From assembly GCF_009914755.1 (NCBI RefSeq), contig NC_060928.1: a stretch of DNA of 64,000 nt; one strand, given 5' to 3'. Under the pieces are notes generated by a model. It did not search any database. It was not told the DNA's origin and was given only the letters and a program-made list of their open reading frames with translations. The stretch comes from the human T2T-CHM13v2.0 reference genome, Homo sapiens. Below, in pieces: positions 60,208 to 64,000 of this stretch; the first letter of the stretch is position 1; every line of letters starts with the position of its first letter. A program made the translations under genes and the position numbers.

Positions 60208-60476
60208 TTCCCTCTCAGGAAAATCCTCAGAAAATGGGCTTCTATGACTTATCTGGATCTGCACACCACATTCCAGGGTTTGAAGCAGGCTTGGGATTAT
60301 CCTTGGGGTTGTGGGGTTGTATATATACAACCCTGAAACTGGGTTGTGTATGTGTGTGTGTGTGTGTATGTATGCATATATATACAGGATATGTATACTG
60401 TATAGTATATACTGTATGTATATAGTATATGTATATATATATATATACATACATATATATACATATAGTATATGAG

Positions 60477-60514
<38 letters not shown>

Positions 60515-60600
60515 GCTAGTATATATATACATAGCCAGTATATATATATATATATATATAATTATTCCAGGTAATTCCAACTATATATATATATATACAG
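60090..60600. repeat. Complex (TA)n/(TG)n microsatellite with embedded unique fragments
   Basis: seen directly; see findings. Confidence 0.92.
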
Positions 60601-60971
60601 CCAGCCAGATATGCAGGCATAAGAGCCTAAATATTAACTGAATCATGTAGTTTAGGTAATTTGTGTGTATTTATTATTTATTTCTGTGTTTTTTTCAGAG
60701 TCTATTTCAGGCTGTCATCTCCAGGACACTGCCTAGGCTATCAAAGTGATGCAAACTCCTGAACAGACATGGACTCTATATGTTCCTGCCCAGGGTCTCC
60801 TAGAACTCTAGGACATCGAGGCTCTAAGACACTTCACAAAGCAGGTCTTTTGATTCCAACTGCAACCCCAAGAATGATCCCAAGCCTGCCTAAAACCCTG
60901 GCATATAGTCTGCAGATCCAAATAAGTCATAAACAGAAACCCATTTACTAAGGATTTTCCTGAGAGGGAAA
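60207..60971. repeat. Inverted repeat, arms 60207-60311 and 60863-60971
   Basis: manual alignment gives 93/105 identities plus one 4-bp gap. Confidence 0.92.
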
Positions 60972-61039
60972 ACTGGTGTCCTTCCTAAATGAATATAGTG
61001 GAGTTGACCCATTGCCCATTGCTAGTGAGGGAAGTGTAG

Positions 61040-61255
61040 GACTGGCTTTAGAATCAAACAGACTCAGGTTAGACTGGGCTCTGCCACTCACCAGCTGTGT
61101 GACATTGGGTAAATTAATCTCTCTTGGCCTCCATTTCCTAACCCATAAAATAGGGAGAAGTCCATCTACTTCATCAGGTTGTCATGAAGATGAATAAGAT
61201 GAGGTTGCAAAGTGTTCAGCGTGGTGCCTGGCTATGCAGCCGCTCGATCAATAGT
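61040..61255 (+). mobile_element. MIR
   Basis: ctctgccactcaccagctgtgtgacattgggtaaattaatctctcttggcctccatttcc. Confidence 0.8.
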
Positions 61256-61819
61256 ACTGATCAATACTGAAGGCTACTGATATGATCTGGTCTTTGAGCT
61301 GTTTTACAGTGAAGCACAGCCTGAGCACTGATCATCCCCTTGCGAAGGTCAGCTTTCTTTGGTAGGGATTAAAGGGGAGGTGTTGACTACCTTCCTCCTG
61401 AGCTCTCTACTGGGAAATGCTCCCTGCTCTGGGCCAGGTCACCATTCACTCTATGGCCAGTCACTGCCGGGTGCTCCTGGTCACAGACTCTTCAAATAGG
61501 ATGCCACTGCTTCTCCAGGGAAAAAGGCAGAAAGGGAAGTAGGCAGGGAGCATGTCCCTTTGCTGTGCTGCCTCTTCATTCTCTGCTTCACTTGGCATAA
61601 GGCTACAGGGGGATGTGTGTCACATTTCCCTAAAAGTCTGGGGTAGTTAAAGGGAGTTACTACACTGGAACAGACTCACAGCCATGTACTGAAGATGTTT
61701 CCCATAGCCTGAGAGAAAAGGACCCAGATAGGCAACTCACCTCAACGAGGGGCATATCCCACTTCCTAACTCTGTTCTCCTGTCCTGAGGTCTGCCCTTC
61801 TCTCAAAAACACGCCTTTT

Positions 61820-62110
61820 GGCTGGGTGTGGTGGCTTACGCCTGTAATCTCAGCACTTTGGTAGGCCGAGGCAGGAGGATCACTTGAGGTCAGGAGTTCG
61901 AGACCAGCCTTGCCAACATGGCCAAAACCCATCTCTACTAAAAAATACAAAATTAGCCGGGCATGGTGGCACACACCTGTAATCCCAGCTACTCAGGAGG
62001 CTGAAGCACAAAAATTGCTTGAACCACGGAGGCGGAAGTTGCAGTGAGCCCAGATTGCTCCACTGCACTCCAGCCTGGGCAACAGCGTGAGAATATGTCT
62101 TTAAAAAAAA
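61820..62110 (+). mobile_element. AluS
   Basis: full dimer; cacgccttt on both flanks. Confidence 0.95.
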
Positions 62111-62146
62111 AAACCACGCCTTTCCTTCTGTTCCAGCTGCTATCAC

Positions 62147-62159
62147 AAAGAAAAAAGGA

Positions 62160-62223
<64 letters not shown>

Positions 62224-62345
62224 AGGAAGGAAAGAAAGAGGAAGGAAGGAAGGAAAGAAAAGAAAGAAAGAAAAAGAAAAGAAAGAAAAGAAAGGAAAGG
62301 AAGGAAAGCAAAGAAAGGAAAGAAGGGAAGGAAGGAAGGAAGGAA
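62147..62345. repeat. (GAAA)n/(GGAA)n microsatellite
   Basis: long perfect GAAA run 62158-62223 followed by degenerate units. Confidence 0.95.
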
Positions 62346-62399
62346 AACGCACCTTTCCTTTAACTTCTGCGGCACAGACAATGATATCAAGTCTTGTTT

Positions 62400-62752
62400 C
62401 ATTTTCCTCTTCCCAAGCACATGAGAAGACTCCATCCTCGGCCTTCCATGCAGGCATTGTGAGGGCCATGCAATGGGGTTCTCGGCAATGGGATATGACT
62501 GGAAGTGATGTTTGCCACTTCCAGGCCTGGTCATAAATCCCCTGCAGGACAGCGTCCACTCCCTCTCTTTTCTGACCACAGTTCCTTGAAGGTGACATGT
62601 TCTAGGAGGCACTGCTACAAGATGGAGAGGTGCTGCCCACTCTACATCAGAGTTTGTATTGTGAGCAAGGAGGAAACCCTCACAGTGCTTCACCCCTGAG
62701 GTCCCAGGGCTATCTGTGACCACACCATAGCCTTAATTACCCAGACAAATAT
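62400..62752 (+). mobile_element. Old MLT1 (I/J-like) LTR
   Basis: ggaagtgatgtttgccacttccaggcctgg...tgtgagcaaggaggaaaccct...ccatagcct. Confidence 0.65.
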
Positions 62753-63059
62753 CACCTCAGACTAAGGCTCTTCATTAACCCTTCAAGAAACCCTGCCCTC
62801 AGGTGTTAGGCTTACTCCAAAATCTATATTCTTCCTTCTAGCTATACATTTTACTAAATCTGAATTATTCATCTTAAATAATGCCCCAAAGAGAACAGTG
62901 AGACTTTGGCATAATAATGAGTGGTGACTTCGGCACTTTAAGCTCTAGCAAGATAGAGAAAAACATTGGCATTCTATATCCAAACTCTCTATTTTTTTCT
63001 CACTTTTATGGATATGTTCACACATAAAGCTCCCACACATAATGCTACCCACAGGTAAA

Positions 63060-63060
<1 letters not shown>

Positions 63061-63100
<40 letters not shown>
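63061..63100. repeat. (CA)20 microsatellite
   Basis: perfect dinucleotide run. Confidence 0.97.
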
Positions 63101-63103
<3 letters not shown>

Positions 63104-63284
63104 AAAGAGCTAATAGTCTCAGACCAGGAGTCACAAACATGAACATCTGAAGCGGCCATACAGAAAATGCCAGTATTGAAACAGACTGTGCACAAAGCTA
63201 TGGAAAACTTGCTGAGCCATGCCTTGTCTGAAGGAAGCAGCTCTTTCCCCGTGTCCCCAGCTGTTACCATGCAAGCTGCAGGTC

Positions 63285-63475
63285 AGTGTGGCCAGATCTT
63301 GCAATCCTTTTAAAAAAATTAATATCTAAGTATCTATAGAAACTCTCCAAAGTTTTACAATGTGGCAACTACGTACTTCAAATAAAAATTTTTTTAAAGC
63401 TTTACATGCCAAACACAACTGAGCTGCCTGGTAGGCGTGCCCATGTTATGTGGGCCTACCATTTTGCATCATCTT
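63285..63475 (+). mobile_element. MER103C-like hAT fragment
   Basis: gtggccagatctt...aatgtggcaacta...gccaaacacaac...gggcctaccattttgc. Confidence 0.55.
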
Positions 63476-64000
63476 CCCCAACCGTGTATAATTTATTTAA
63501 CTCCTGCCCTGTAGATTGCAAGACTGCCTCTCTCACAGGAAAGTGAATACGTAATTATGCAGGGTGGTCCTTTTTCTTCATCACCAATCCTCCCCTATCT
63601 GCAAATTCAAATTGCGCCCCCTTGGCCACCGGAAATAAGAATCCAACCCATTGATAAGTCATATACATCTTACGTTTTGACTGTGGCTCCCTTAGCTACA
63701 CCCAGGCAACCTCCAGCTTCTGATTACCATATGCAAGGACTCCATTAAATTCTTAACCAGCACTGCCCTTGCTGCTGCCTCTCTGAGGCAAGGGAGCACC
63801 ATTAATGATGATGGCCTCACACCTCTCTCTCTCATCCATACACTCCTGTGAGCAACAGCCTACAAGTGTGAAATAATAGTCAGAAATTAGAACTGTATTT
63901 TTGTGCCTGCACAATTTTTCTGAGAACAAGGCTAGCTAGCTTTTAGAAGGATCAAACAGAATTTGAAAATCACCCTACTTTATGTGCCAAGAGCTTTAAG

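Noticed and set aside
61880-62723. ORFs of 126-244 aa (FLSF / KERK repeats)
   Set aside because: Translation of GAAA microsatellite, Alu and MLT1 sequence.
63612-63632. Partial CTCF-like GGCCAAGGGGGCGC on minus strand
   Set aside because: Lacks the conserved CC at the core start; match too weak.

Overview
Hominid (probably human) non-coding genomic DNA, roughly half interspersed repeats. I recognise no host protein-coding exon, RNA gene or CRISPR array, and nearly every ORF in the track is a repeat or low-complexity artefact. Main elements: a full-length SVA with 16-bp TSD (6755-8562); a full-length minus-strand L1PA3-like LINE-1 (35186-41360) with intact ORF1, broken ORF2 and the long ZNF93-site-bearing 5'UTR; about 22 Alus; several MaLR LTRs, hAT MITEs, L2/L3/MIR relics; and long simple repeats. 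The L1 sits in a four-element nest (MLT1A contains an Alu and an MSTA, the MSTA contains the L1) with all four TSDs intact. The most unusual signals are (1) a TA-rich microsatellite at ~60.1-60.6 kb holding three separate copies of neighbouring sequence, one a 105-bp inversion; (2) an inverted ~60-bp templated insert in the MSTA LTR, copied from ~42.45 kb; (3) a probable L1 3' transduction that carried a MER33 fragment into a MER58A; and (4) repeat-free blocks with TALE/SOX, GATA and CTCF-like motif clusters that look like enhancers. Repeat subfamily names come from recalled consensus sequences and need RepeatMasker/Dfam confirmation. I found no evidence for a new gene system; the novelty is in rearrangement scars and candidate regulatory grammar.
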